Positions 37,101 to 46,064 of a stretch of 46,064 nt of DNA are shown here, piece by piece. Below the pieces are notes generated by a model that made no database searches, was not told the DNA's origin, and saw only the letters and a program-made list of their open reading frames with translations. A program made the translations under genes and the position numbers. Every line of letters begins with the position of its first letter. Position 1 is the first letter of the stretch. Origin of the DNA: an uncultured Hyphomonadaceae bacterium (lineage in GTDB: Bacteria; Pseudomonadota; Alphaproteobacteria; Caulobacterales; Hyphomonadaceae); assembly GCA_913056435.1 (NCBI GenBank), contig CAJXMY010000001.1, forward strand, positions 1 through 46,064, written 5' to 3'.

Positions 37101-39506
37101 CTAGTGGCGGATCGGCTCCCCGCCCTGCGGTGTTCCCGGACGCCCTGACAGGGTTTCAGCAAGAGCGTCTTCATCAGCCTGCGACCACTCAATGGGCACC
37201 AGCGGACGGGTCAGCGCCCGGGCCAGAACCTCGGTGATGTCCGAGACGGGGACAATGGTCAGGGCGGCCTTCACATTGTCCGGGATGTCGGCCAGGTCTT
37301 TCTCATTTTCCTGCGGAATCAGAACGGTCTTGATGCCACCCCGCAGCGCGGCGAGGAGTTTTTCCTTCAGCCCGCCAATCGGGAGCACCCGTCCCCGCAG
37401 AGAAATTTCCCCGGTCATCGCCACGTCACGACGCACCGGGGTCCCGGTCAGCAGGGACACGATGGCGGTGGTCATGGCGGTCCCGGCACTTGGACCATCC
37501 TTGGGGGTGGCCCCATCGGGAACATGAACATGGATATCAGAGGTATTGAACACGGTGGGCTTAATCCCCAGCATGACCGCGCGCGACCGGACCAGCGAAC
37601 TGGCCGCCGAGATCGATTCCTTCATCACATCGCGCAGATTGCCGGTGACCTTGGTCTGGCCCCGGCCGGGCATGGAAACAGCCTCGATGGTCAGCAGGTC
37701 TCCGCCGACCTCGGTCCAGGCCAGCCCGGTCACGGCGCCGATCTGGTCCTCATCATCGGCCAGGCCGAAGCGGAACTTCCGCACACCGGCAAAGGTGGCC
37801 AGCGTCTCGCCGCTGACGGAGACCTGCTCCACACCATCCTCGGCGAGCTTGCGAACGGCCTTTCGGGCAAGCCGGGCCAGCTCTCTCTCCAGAGAGCGCA
37901 CCCCGGCTTCCCGGGTGTAATAGCGTAACAGGTCCCGGATCGCGCTGTCGTCAACGATCCACTCCGACTCCGTCAGCCCGTGATCACTCCTGATCTTGGG
38001 CAGCAGGTGGCGTTTGGCGATCTCCAGCTTTTCATCCTCGGTATAGCCGGCAATCCGGATAATCTCCATGCGGTCCAACAGGGGCTGGGGCATGTTGAGG
38101 CTGTTGGCCGTTGTCACGAACATGATGTCGGACAGGTCATAGTCGACCTCGAGATAATGGTCATTGAAGGTCGAGTTCTGGGCCGGGTCGAGCACCTCAA
38201 GCAGCGCCGCCGAAGGGTCGCCTCTGTGGTCCATGCCCATCTTGTCAATTTCGTCCAGCAGGAAGAGCGGGTTGCCGGTCTTCGCCTTTTTCAGGCTCTG
38301 GATCACGCGGCCGGGCATGGAGCCGATATAGGTCCGGCGGTGACCGCGGATCTCGCTCTCATCCCGAACCCCGCCAAGCGACACGCGCACAAAGTCCCGG
38401 CCCGTGGCTTCGGCGATCGATTTGCCGAGAGAGGTCTTGCCGACCCCGGGCGGGCCGACCAGGCACAGAATGGGGCCGCGGAGCTTGTTGGTCCGCTTCT
38501 GCACGGCCAGATATTCGAGAATGCGCTCCTTAACCTTCTCAAGCCCGTAATGATCGTCATTGAGCTGCGCTTCCGCCGCGGCGAGATCGGTGGAAATGTC
38601 CTTGCGCTTGTCCCAGGGCAGCGCGAGCAGCCAGTCGAGATAGTTGCGAACGACGGTCGACTCTGCCGACATGGGGCTCATCTGGCGAAGTTTCCGGACC
38701 TCCTGCTCCGCTTTGGTGCGGGCCTCTTCTGACAGCCCCGTCTCCCGGATCTTCTCCTCGAGTTCGGCAACCTCGTCGCGCTCCTCGCCCTGATCCCCCA
38801 GCTCCCGCTGGATCGCCTTCATCTGCTCGTTGAGATAATATTCGCGCTGGGACTTTTCCATCTGACGCTTGACGCGGTTTTTGATCTTCCGCTCCATCTG
38901 CATCATCCCCATCTCGCCCTCCATGAGCGACAGGATCTTTTCCAGCCGCTCCCGGGCATCGGGCATTTCCAGAAGGTCCTGCTTTTCCGACAGCTTCACC
39001 TGGAGTTGCGATGCAATGGCGTCGGCCAGCTTTCCGGCCTCGACAATCTCTGCGATCGTGCTGACAGCTTCCGGCGGAATCTTGCGATTGAGCTTGGCAT
39101 ATTGCTCGAACTGCTCATTCGCCGCCCGCATCAGCGCCTCAACCTCATCGCTCTGGACGGGCTGCGGGTCGATCAGGCTGACCTGCGCGGTGTAGTGGTC
39201 TCCCTCATCGCTGAGGTCCTCCACCCGGGCCCGGGCCGTTCCTTCAACCAGAACCTTGACCGTGCCATCGGGCAGTTTGAGCAATTGGAGAATGGAAGCC
39301 ACGGTTCCAATCCGGTGAACATCCTCGCGGCCCGGCTCGTCAATCGAGGGGTCCTTCTGGGCCACGAGCATAATCTCGTTCTGCCCCTCATCCACCATAT
39401 CCAGAGCGCGCACCGATTTGTCCCGCCCGACGAACAGCGGGGCAACCATATCGGGAAAGACAACAATATCCCGCAGCGGCAAGACCGGTAGCTTCAACTG
39501 GCTCAT
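37101..39506 (-). CDS. lon: ATP-dependent protease La
   Basis: [24 protein letters not shown] (catalytic Ser) and GGLKEK; ATG at 39506 with AAGGAG SD. Confidence 0.98.
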   Translation of the reverse strand: MSQLKLPVLPLRDIVVFPDMVAPLFVGRDKSVRALDMVDEGQNEIMLVAQKDPSIDEPGREDVHRIGTVASILQLLKLPDGTVKVLVEGTARARVEDLSDEGDHYTAQVSLIDPQPVQSDEVEALMRAANEQFEQYAKLNRKIPPEAVSTIAEIVEAGKLADAIASQLQVKLSEKQDLLEMPDARERLEKILSLMEGEMGMMQMERKIKNRVKRQMEKSQREYYLNEQMKAIQRELGDQGEERDEVAELEEKIRETGLSEEARTKAEQEVRKLRQMSPMSAESTVVRNYLDWLLALPWDKRKDISTDLAAAEAQLNDDHYGLEKVKERILEYLAVQKRTNKLRGPILCLVGPPGVGKTSLGKSIAEATGRDFVRVSLGGVRDESEIRGHRRTYIGSMPGRVIQSLKKAKTGNPLFLLDEIDKMGMDHRGDPSAALLEVLDPAQNSTFNDHYLEVDYDLSDIMFVTTANSLNMPQPLLDRMEIIRIAGYTEDEKLEIAKRHLLPKIRSDHGLTESEWIVDDSAIRDLLRYYTREAGVRSLERELARLARKAVRKLAEDGVEQVSVSGETLATFAGVRKFRFGLADDEDQIGAVTGLAWTEVGGDLLTIEAVSMPGRGQTKVTGNLRDVMKESISAASSLVRSRAVMLGIKPTVFNTSDIHVHVPDGATPKDGPSAGTAMTTAIVSLLTGTPVRRDVAMTGEISLRGRVLPIGGLKEKLLAALRGGIKTVLIPQENEKDLADIPDNVKAALTIVPVSDITEVLARALTRPLVPIEWSQADEDALAETLSGRPGTPQGGEPIRH

Positions 39507-39582
39507 ATCGCACTCCTTCTGGCCGGCCGATTGCCGGGGCGCCACCGCAGCCTATCCGAAACAGGACAGGGACGGCACCCCC

Positions 39583-39613
39583 TAGATGTGAGGTGCCCAC
39601 GGGTCGAGTTCAA
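39583..39613 (-). promoter_or_regulatory. Putative RpoH (sigma32) promoter of lon
   Basis: Minus strand TTGAA-N16-CTCACATCTA, similar to the TTGAA...CCCCATNTA consensus. Confidence 0.5.
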
Positions 39614-39652
39614 CAGATAAAATCGAGGCTTTTACAGTGCCGGTGCGGCAGC

Positions 39653-40918
39653 CTAGGACGCTTCGCTTGGCTTAACCTGCTTTTCATGGACATAAAGCGG
39701 CGCCGCATTGCCGTCGACGACTTCGCCATTGACCACGACCTCGGACACACCACGCAAAGACGGCAGCTCGAACATGGTGTCGAGCAGGATCGATTCCATG
39801 ATGGATCTCAGCCCCCGGGCGCCGGTCTTGCGGTCAATGGCCTTCTTCGCAACCGTTGCCAGAGCATCCGGGGTGAAGGTCAATTCGACATCCTCCATCT
39901 CAAACAGCTTCTGGTACTGCTTGACCAGAGCGTTTTTCGGCGCCGTCAGGATGGTCATCAGGGCATCCTCGTCGAGGTCCTCAAGCGTCGCGAGGACCGG
40001 CAGACGACCGATAAATTCCGGGATCAGGCCATAACGCTGCAAATCCTCCGGCTCGACGGTCCGCAGGATATCCCCGACACGACGCGCTTCCGGATCCTTG
40101 ACGTCAGCCCCGAAGCCAATTGTGGTGGTTTCGCCGCGCGAGGAAATAATCCTGTCCAGACCGGCGAAAGCGCCCCCGCAGATAAACAGGATATTGGTTG
40201 TATCCACCTGCAGGAATTCCTGCTGGGGATGCTTGCGTCCCCCCTGCGGCGGAACCGCGGCCACGGTCCCCTCCATCAGCTTGAGCAAAGCCTGCTGCAC
40301 GCCCTCACCGCTGACATCCCGCGTGATGGAGGGATTGTCAGACTTCCGGGAAATCTTGTCGATCTCGTCAATATACACGATGCCGCGCTGGGCACGCTCC
40401 ACATTATAGTCCGACGCCTGAAGCAGCTTCAGGACGATATTTTCGACATCCTCCCCGACATAACCTGCCTCGGTCAGAGTGGTGGCATCCGCCATGGTGA
40501 AGGGCACATCAAGGACCCGCGCCAGGGTCTGGGCGAGGAGCGTCTTGCCACAACCGGTTGGCCCGATGAGCATGATGTTCGACTTCGCCAGTTCAACCCC
40601 GTCGGCACCGGCCGGATTGGCAAGGCGCTTATAATGATTGTGAACCGCCACCGAGAGAATGCGCTTGGCGTAGGGCTGCCCGATCACATAGTCATCAAGG
40701 ACATCGCAGATTTCCTGCGGCGTAGGCACGCCTTCTTTCGCCTTGAAACCGGAGGCTTTATTCTCTTCGCGGATGATATCCATGCAGAGCTCGACGCATT
40801 CATCACAGATAAATACCGTCGGCCCGGCGATCAGTTTTTTCACTTCATGCTGGCTCTTACCGCAGAAGGAGCAGTAGAGCGTATTCTTGGTGTCACCAGA
40901 TCCGTTTTGCTTGGCCAT
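39653..40918 (-). CDS. clpX: ATP-dependent Clp protease ATP-binding subunit ClpX
   Basis: CSFC...CDEC zinc-binding domain, [15 protein letters not shown] and IGF loop. Confidence 0.99.
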   Translation of the reverse strand: MAKQNGSGDTKNTLYCSFCGKSQHEVKKLIAGPTVFICDECVELCMDIIREENKASGFKAKEGVPTPQEICDVLDDYVIGQPYAKRILSVAVHNHYKRLANPAGADGVELAKSNIMLIGPTGCGKTLLAQTLARVLDVPFTMADATTLTEAGYVGEDVENIVLKLLQASDYNVERAQRGIVYIDEIDKISRKSDNPSITRDVSGEGVQQALLKLMEGTVAAVPPQGGRKHPQQEFLQVDTTNILFICGGAFAGLDRIISSRGETTTIGFGADVKDPEARRVGDILRTVEPEDLQRYGLIPEFIGRLPVLATLEDLDEDALMTILTAPKNALVKQYQKLFEMEDVELTFTPDALATVAKKAIDRKTGARGLRSIMESILLDTMFELPSLRGVSEVVVNGEVVDGNAAPLYVHEKQVKPSEAS

Positions 40919-41076
40919 GGACCACCTCTATCAGACTTAGGGATTAACACGCCATTGATAACGTGTCCCTGTCAAACATTTCCTGGACGAAATTTCGGGA
41001 TCGTCCTCCCCGCATTGACCCATTCGACCGCCCCTGAGGCTGGCCACGTCACGTCGGGCTGGCCCCGTTGCAAGAC

Positions 41077-41700
41077 TCAGGCCGCTGTCTCTTCCTGCCG
41101 CCGTTCGAAGACCTGATCAATAATTCCGAAGGCACAGGCATCCTCTGCGGTCATAAATGTATCCCGGTCGAGCTTGGATTCGATTGTATCGTAATCCTGC
41201 CCGGTGTGCTTCACATAAATGTCGTTCAGCCGCTTCTTGAGTTCCATGATCTCTTCGGCGTGCCGCTCGATATCTTTGGCCACGCCGCTGTACCCGCCAG
41301 AGGGCTGGTGGACCATGATCCGGGCGTTTGGCAGGGCTGTGCGATGTCCGGCTTCGCCGGCGGCCAGAAGGAGGGATCCCATACTCGCGGCCTGCCCGAT
41401 ACAGACCGTCGTGATGGGGCAGCGGATGTACTGCATCGTGTCATAAATCGCGAGGCCCGCCGTGACATAGCCTCCCGGGCTGTTGATATACATGGCGATG
41501 TCTTTTTTGGGATTTTCTGATTCCAGGAAGAGGAGCTGCGCCGCCACCAGAGACGCGGTCGCATCGTCGATCGGCCCGGTGATGAAGATGATGCGTTCCT
41601 TCAGAAGCCGCGAAAAAATGTCGAAGGCCCGTTCTCCCCGGCTGGTCTGTTCAATCACCGTGGGAACAAGGTTCAGGTCAACGGGGCGCTGGTCAAACAT
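41077..41700 (-). CDS. clpP: ATP-dependent Clp protease proteolytic subunit
   Basis: [25 protein letters not shown] and MVHQP motifs. Confidence 0.99.
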   Translation of the reverse strand: MFDQRPVDLNLVPTVIEQTSRGERAFDIFSRLLKERIIFITGPIDDATASLVAAQLLFLESENPKKDIAMYINSPGGYVTAGLAIYDTMQYIRCPITTVCIGQAASMGSLLLAAGEAGHRTALPNARIMVHQPSGGYSGVAKDIERHAEEIMELKKRLNDIYVKHTGQDYDTIESKLDRDTFMTAEDACAFGIIDQVFERRQEETAA

Positions 41701-41872
41701 AATGCGATCTCTCTGGGTTTGCAGATGCTGCCTCTGGCTTGGCAGACACTGTCATATTTGTCCATGCGCGAGGCTTGGCAAGCTGTGAAATGCTGCAGTC
41801 CGCACGCCAGACAAACAAACTGCCGGACCTCATTGCGAGATCCGGCAGCCCGTTTCACGAAGGTCCGTAACG

Positions 41873-43276
41873 TTAGACCTTGTAATACATGTCGAATTCG
41901 ACCGGGTGCGGATGAAGCTGAAGGCGCTCCACCTCTTCCATCTTGAGATCGATGTAGGCGTCGATCTGGTCGCTATCGAAAACATTGCCCTTGGTCAGGA
42001 AGCCGCGATCGGCATCGAGGGCTTCCAGCGCTTCGCGAAGGGACCCACAGACCTGAGGGATGGCCTTGGCTTCCTCAGGCGGAAGATCATAGAGATCCTT
42101 GTCCATGGCATCACCAGGATGGATCTTGTTCTCAATCCCATCAAGGCCCGCCATCAGCAGCGCGGCGAACGCGAGGTAGGGGTTGGCGGTCGGATCCGGG
42201 AAGCGGGTTTCAATCCGCTTGGCCTTCTCACCAGAGCCGAACGGGATCCGGATCGACGCCGACCGGTTCCGCGCCGAATAAGCCAGCATGACAGGTGCCT
42301 CAAAGCCGGGGACCAGACGCTTGTAGGAATTGGTCGAGGCATTGGTCAGGGCGTTCAGGGCACGAGCGTGCTTGATCACGCCGCCAATGTAGTAAAGGCA
42401 CATCTCAGACAGGCCGGCATACTGATCGCCTGCGAACATGGGCTTGCCGTTCGACCAGATGGACTGGTGCACGTGCATGCCCGAGCCGTTATCATTGAAA
42501 TAGGGCTTCGGCATAAAGGTCGCTGTCTTGCCATAAGACGCCGCAACATTGTGGATCACGTATTTGTAAAGCTGGAGATTGTCCGCCATCGTCACCAGCG
42601 TGTTGAACTTCATGCCAAGTTCGTGCTGGGCCGGTGCCACTTCGTGGTGATGCTTTTCGGGCGCCAGACCAAGTTCTCCCATGACCGACAGCATCTCGGA
42701 CCGCATGTCCTGTTCAGAGTCGATCGGCGGCACAGGGAAGTAGCCGCCTTTCGGGCCCGGCCGATGCCCCATATTCCCCATCTCGTAATCCCGGCCCGTA
42801 TTGGCCGGCAGCTCGGTGGAGTCAAAAGAGTAGCCCGTTTTGTGCGGCTCTGTATTCCAGCGCACATCATCGAATACGAAGAACTCGGCTTCAGGGCCGA
42901 AAAAGGCCGTGTCGCCAACGCCGGTGGACTTCAGATAGGCTTCGGCCCGCTTGGCGGTGCCGCGCGGATCACGGTTGTATCCCTGTCCTGAGATCGGGTC
43001 GAGGATATCGCACATCACCGCCAGGGTGGTCTGCTGGAAAAACGGGTCGATCTTCGCCGTCGCCGTGTCCGGCTTGAGGAGCATGTCCGACTCATTAATG
43101 GCCTTCCAGCCCGCGACCGAAGAGCCATCAAACATCTGGCCGTCTTCAAAGAAATCGGCATCTACCATGGATTTGTCAAAGGTGACGTGCTGAAGCTTGC
43201 CCCGCGGGTCCGTGAACCGCAAGTCGACGAATTCCACGTCATGCTCGCTCATCATCTTTAGAATATCGTCGGCCAT
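41873..43276 (-). CDS. glnA: Glutamine synthetase type I
   Basis: FDGSS, HHHEVA, ATFMPKP, NGSGMH, RNRS and adenylylation site DKDLYDLP. Confidence 0.99.
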   Translation of the reverse strand: MADDILKMMSEHDVEFVDLRFTDPRGKLQHVTFDKSMVDADFFEDGQMFDGSSVAGWKAINESDMLLKPDTATAKIDPFFQQTTLAVMCDILDPISGQGYNRDPRGTAKRAEAYLKSTGVGDTAFFGPEAEFFVFDDVRWNTEPHKTGYSFDSTELPANTGRDYEMGNMGHRPGPKGGYFPVPPIDSEQDMRSEMLSVMGELGLAPEKHHHEVAPAQHELGMKFNTLVTMADNLQLYKYVIHNVAASYGKTATFMPKPYFNDNGSGMHVHQSIWSNGKPMFAGDQYAGLSEMCLYYIGGVIKHARALNALTNASTNSYKRLVPGFEAPVMLAYSARNRSASIRIPFGSGEKAKRIETRFPDPTANPYLAFAALLMAGLDGIENKIHPGDAMDKDLYDLPPEEAKAIPQVCGSLREALEALDADRGFLTKGNVFDSDQIDAYIDLKMEEVERLQLHPHPVEFDMYYKV

Positions 43277-43329
43277 AAAGCCCTCCGTTGTGAAATTTGG
43301 TCTTTGTGAGTGGAGTTGGTGTTTCGGGT

Positions 43330-43683
<354 letters not shown>

Positions 43684-43771
43684 TTAATCGGTCTGTTTGG
43701 CGATGGAGATAAGCTGCCCTCCTGCCTGCGGTTAGTCCCAGCCGCAGCAAAAGCGTGACCGCCGTCCAACT

Positions 43772-43809
43772 TGCCCAAACCCTGTTCACATCTGCACAAA
43801 AACTACGCA
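43772..43809. promoter_or_regulatory. Tandem NtrC-like binding sites upstream of glnB
   Basis: TGCCCAAACCCTGTTCA (43772-43788) and TGCACAAAAACTACGCA (43793-43809): 17-bp TGC...GCA-type sites, 21 bp apart. Confidence 0.55.
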
Positions 43810-43898
43810 AACGCCGGCTCAGAAAAACGTGACGCCGACGTCATTGTTCAAACCCAGCTTCCTTGCTAAACAGACCCCTGTCAAAGGAGGTTTTGCAC

Positions 43899-44669
43899 AT
43901 GACGCCGCGTGTCCCGTCTATCGACCCAGCCCGGCCAGGCCAGCCGATCCGCCCGTTCAAGGCATGGCACCACATGAAAAAGCTGCTGGCCGATAAAGAG
44001 GACACCGAACAGGTCTTTGAGATCATTCAGGCCCTAAACGGCGAATCGCTCAGGCGGGATTTCAAGCGCTTTCTTGCGTCACCCAACGGCCCTCAGCGTC
44101 TCACCGAACGTGCCAGCCTGCCTCCTCTTCTCGATGATCACGCGCCCCTGCTGGCACTGCCGGAGGGCAGTGTCGGGCGCGCTTATGTCGACTTTATGCG
44201 ACGGGAGCAGCTGAGCGCGGCCGGACTGGTGGCGGAGAGCGAGAAACAACGTCGAAATCACCCCCAGTTTGACGACGATTTGTCATGGTATGGCGACCGC
44301 TTGCGTGACACCCACGACCTCAACCATGTTTTGACCGGATATGGACGGGACGCCCTGGGCGAAGGCGCTCTTCTGGCCTACACACATGCTCAGAATGGCG
44401 GACGCGGAATCTGGTTCATTGCGTCCATGGCCCGGCGGCGTATCGGCCGGCTCGCGCCCCCCGCCGCCAACATCGCCAAAGTGTTTGAGGAGGCCCGCAA
44501 GAACGGACGCGCTGCCCGCCGGATCCACGAGGAAAACGTGGAAGAGCTCCTCGCCGAACCCCTGGCCGAGGCACGGCAGCGTCTGAACATTCCAAAGCCC
44601 ACAGCCTACAAGGCAGCTCTGGCCATTCTCGCGGACCTGTATCCTGACCCTCAGGCCGTGGCTGCATGA
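43899..44669 (+). CDS. Coq4-like protein
   Basis: LPEGSVGRAY and HDxxH-x11-E motif (HDLNHVLTGYGRDALGE); ATG at 43899 with AAGGAGG SD. Confidence 0.85.
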   Translation: MTPRVPSIDPARPGQPIRPFKAWHHMKKLLADKEDTEQVFEIIQALNGESLRRDFKRFLASPNGPQRLTERASLPPLLDDHAPLLALPEGSVGRAYVDFMRREQLSAAGLVAESEKQRRNHPQFDDDLSWYGDRLRDTHDLNHVLTGYGRDALGEGALLAYTHAQNGGRGIWFIASMARRRIGRLAPPAANIAKVFEEARKNGRAARRIHEENVEELLAEPLAEARQRLNIPKPTAYKAALAILADLYPDPQAVAA

Positions 44670-45205
44670 TCATCTTCGTCCGACATGGTGAAGCCGCCGC
44701 AGGATGGGGGCATCACCGGGATCCGGGCCTGTCTGAAACCGGCCGGCTGCAGGCACAGGCCGTGGCCGAAACCCTGATCAAAGAGGCGCCCGAGTGCCTT
44801 CTGTCCAGCCCCATGTTGAGATGCCGCGAGACCGCGGCGCCGCTGGCCAGGCTCACCGGGCTGGATGTCACGATTGACGCTGATGTGAGCGAAATACCCA
44901 CGCCGTCTGATGTCAGCGACCGGGTCGACTGGTTGCGCCAGCTCGTGTCCGGACAATGGACCGACGCCCCTGAGCTGGTTCTCGACTGGCACAGGCGCCT
45001 TCTGGCGCGGCTGAGCACCCTGCCTGAGCGCACGATCGTTTTTTCTCACTTCGTGGCGATAAACGCTGTCGTGGGCGATCTCGAAGCCTCGCCGGATGTG
45101 ATGGTGTTCCGGCCGGATTATTGTTCATTGACCCGGCTCCAACAGACGCCGGGGGGGTTGGCGCTCATGTCCCGAGGAGCCGAGGCGGGCACTGCGATCT
45201 TATAA
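44666..45205 (+). CDS. Histidine phosphatase family protein
   Basis: FVRHG, SSPMLRCRETA and FSH motifs; ATGA overlap with the Coq4-like gene. Confidence 0.88.
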   Translation: MIIFVRHGEAAAGWGHHRDPGLSETGRLQAQAVAETLIKEAPECLLSSPMLRCRETAAPLARLTGLDVTIDADVSEIPTPSDVSDRVDWLRQLVSGQWTDAPELVLDWHRRLLARLSTLPERTIVFSHFVAINAVVGDLEASPDVMVFRPDYCSLTRLQQTPGGLALMSRGAEAGTAIL

Positions 45206-45687
45206 CTGCACGGGACGCTGGCGCGTCAGTTAGAAACGGGGCCAACACGTCACCTACATTCTGGGTCCAACCTTGTGCAATTTCGCCTAAAAGGGGAAAA
45301 AGCCCAAAATCGGTTTGCACGGGCAGCGATGCGACAACTTTTCACACGCCAAATTTCTTAAAAATTAAAACAAATTTTTAGACACATTTTTTTATTTTCT
45401 ATACTATACATTATAGTTTTTCGGCATTTTCAAACCCAACAAACGCGCGCAGAGCGCCTCATAGCATCCTTTTGAATATGTATTCATATGTTTTTTTATT
45501 TGTTTTTTGATCGTTTATTACACATCAAACAAAATAATTCTTCCTTTTATGTTAATAAGAAAATTTTCTTTCATTTCTCCTGTCAGGCGTGATGCATTGA
45601 AAATTTTTCCCCTCACAACATAGTCACTGTGCGACCCGATTTCTTTTCAGGTCGCAGAAGTCGATGGACGGTAAATAGGGGGTGACT

Positions 45688-46064
45688 ATGAAACGCAGAC
45701 AATTTTTGAAGTATGGTTCTGCTGCAATTTCAACAGTTGGCACGTTTTCATTTGTTGCACCGACTGCACAGGGTCAAAGAAGACCGACACAACGCTTTTC
45801 CTTAGCTGCCGTCGAAATCTTCGAAGAACTCATAGATGGCGAGGTCGTAATGTCTCTTGCCTATAAAGACCTTGAGTCCGGAAAGATCCGACCCGTATTG
45901 AAGGTTCAGGAAGGAGAAACGGTTGAGATTTTTCTAGAAAACCGAACCCGCCTGCCGGTCGGCTTTCAGCTCAGCGGTGTCGAGCGCGCAACCATACGAA
46001 CGATCCGACCAGATCAAACCGATCACGTGACGTTCGACGCACCAACCGGCGGCACCTTCATCTA
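45688..46064 (+). CDS. Tat-exported cupredoxin/multicopper-oxidase-like protein (partial, runs off the right edge)
   Basis: Hand translation: MKRRQFLKYGSAA... (twin-arginine signal), PVLKVQEGETVEIFLEN and TFDAPTGGTFI; GGGGG SD. Confidence 0.8.
   Translation, partial: MKRRQFLKYGSAAISTVGTFSFVAPTAQGQRRPTQRFSLAAVEIFEELIDGEVVMSLAYKDLESGKIRPVLKVQEGETVEIFLENRTRLPVGFQLSGVERATIRTIRPDQTDHVTFDAPTGGTFI

Noticed and set aside
39574-39597. GGCACC...GGTGCC inverted repeat upstream of lon resembling CIRCE
   Set aside because: Arms and spacing (GCAC-N14-GTGC) do not match TTAGCACTC-N9-GAGTGCTAA.
40944-40958. TTAA-N7-TTGA near-CtrA box upstream of clpX
   Set aside because: One half-site mismatch and no independent support.
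39593-42991. Long plus-strand ORFs (507 aa at 39593, 361 aa at 41906; likewise 2838-3941 and 5844-6989)
   Set aside because: They lie antisense to clpX, glnA, the CoA transferase and mfd. These are shadow ORFs expected from GC-rich codon bias and show no recognisable motifs.
43746-43761. GG-N10-GC possible sigma54 promoter for glnB
   Set aside because: The -24 element (CGGTCACG) is out of register with TGGCACG, and it is too close to the NtrC-like sites for typical enhancer looping; left uncalled.
45530-45560. TTATGTTAA resembling the XerD arm of dif
   Set aside because: No XerC-arm match at the correct spacing, and the AT-rich context makes a chance hit likely.

Overview
Mostly chromosomal core DNA from an alphaproteobacterium, probably Caulobacterales/Hyphomonadaceae, inferred from gene content (a popA-like gene next to mfd-sdhE/recG, glnB-glnA, clpP-clpX-lon, tRNA-Val). 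I see no integrase, transposase, CRISPR array or rRNA. The main points of interest follow. (1) A singlet-oxygen/photo-oxidative module bracketed by two inward-facing RpoE(ECF11)-type promoters: photolyase-ufaD-ufaO-ufaM-like furan fatty acid genes converge on a DUF6134 gene and an orphan ChrR that lacks the anti-sigma cysteines and has no adjacent rpoE. (2) The photolyase has no canonical start codon; it probably starts at AUC or carries a 1-bp slip in a G5 run. (3) An orphan membrane histidine kinase is divergently paired with a PUFA-isomerase (PAI)-like flavoenzyme and a hotdog thioesterase; this is my best candidate for an undescribed fatty-acid modification or signalling system. (4) A perfect 16-bp inverted repeat holds the ATG of a probable leaderless ORF in its loop. 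(5) An orphan lvaAB-like pair. (6) A phage-like small protein beside tRNA-Val. (7) A possibly chimeric ORF at the left edge. Family assignments come from motif recognition by eye and from memory of the families; no database search was run.
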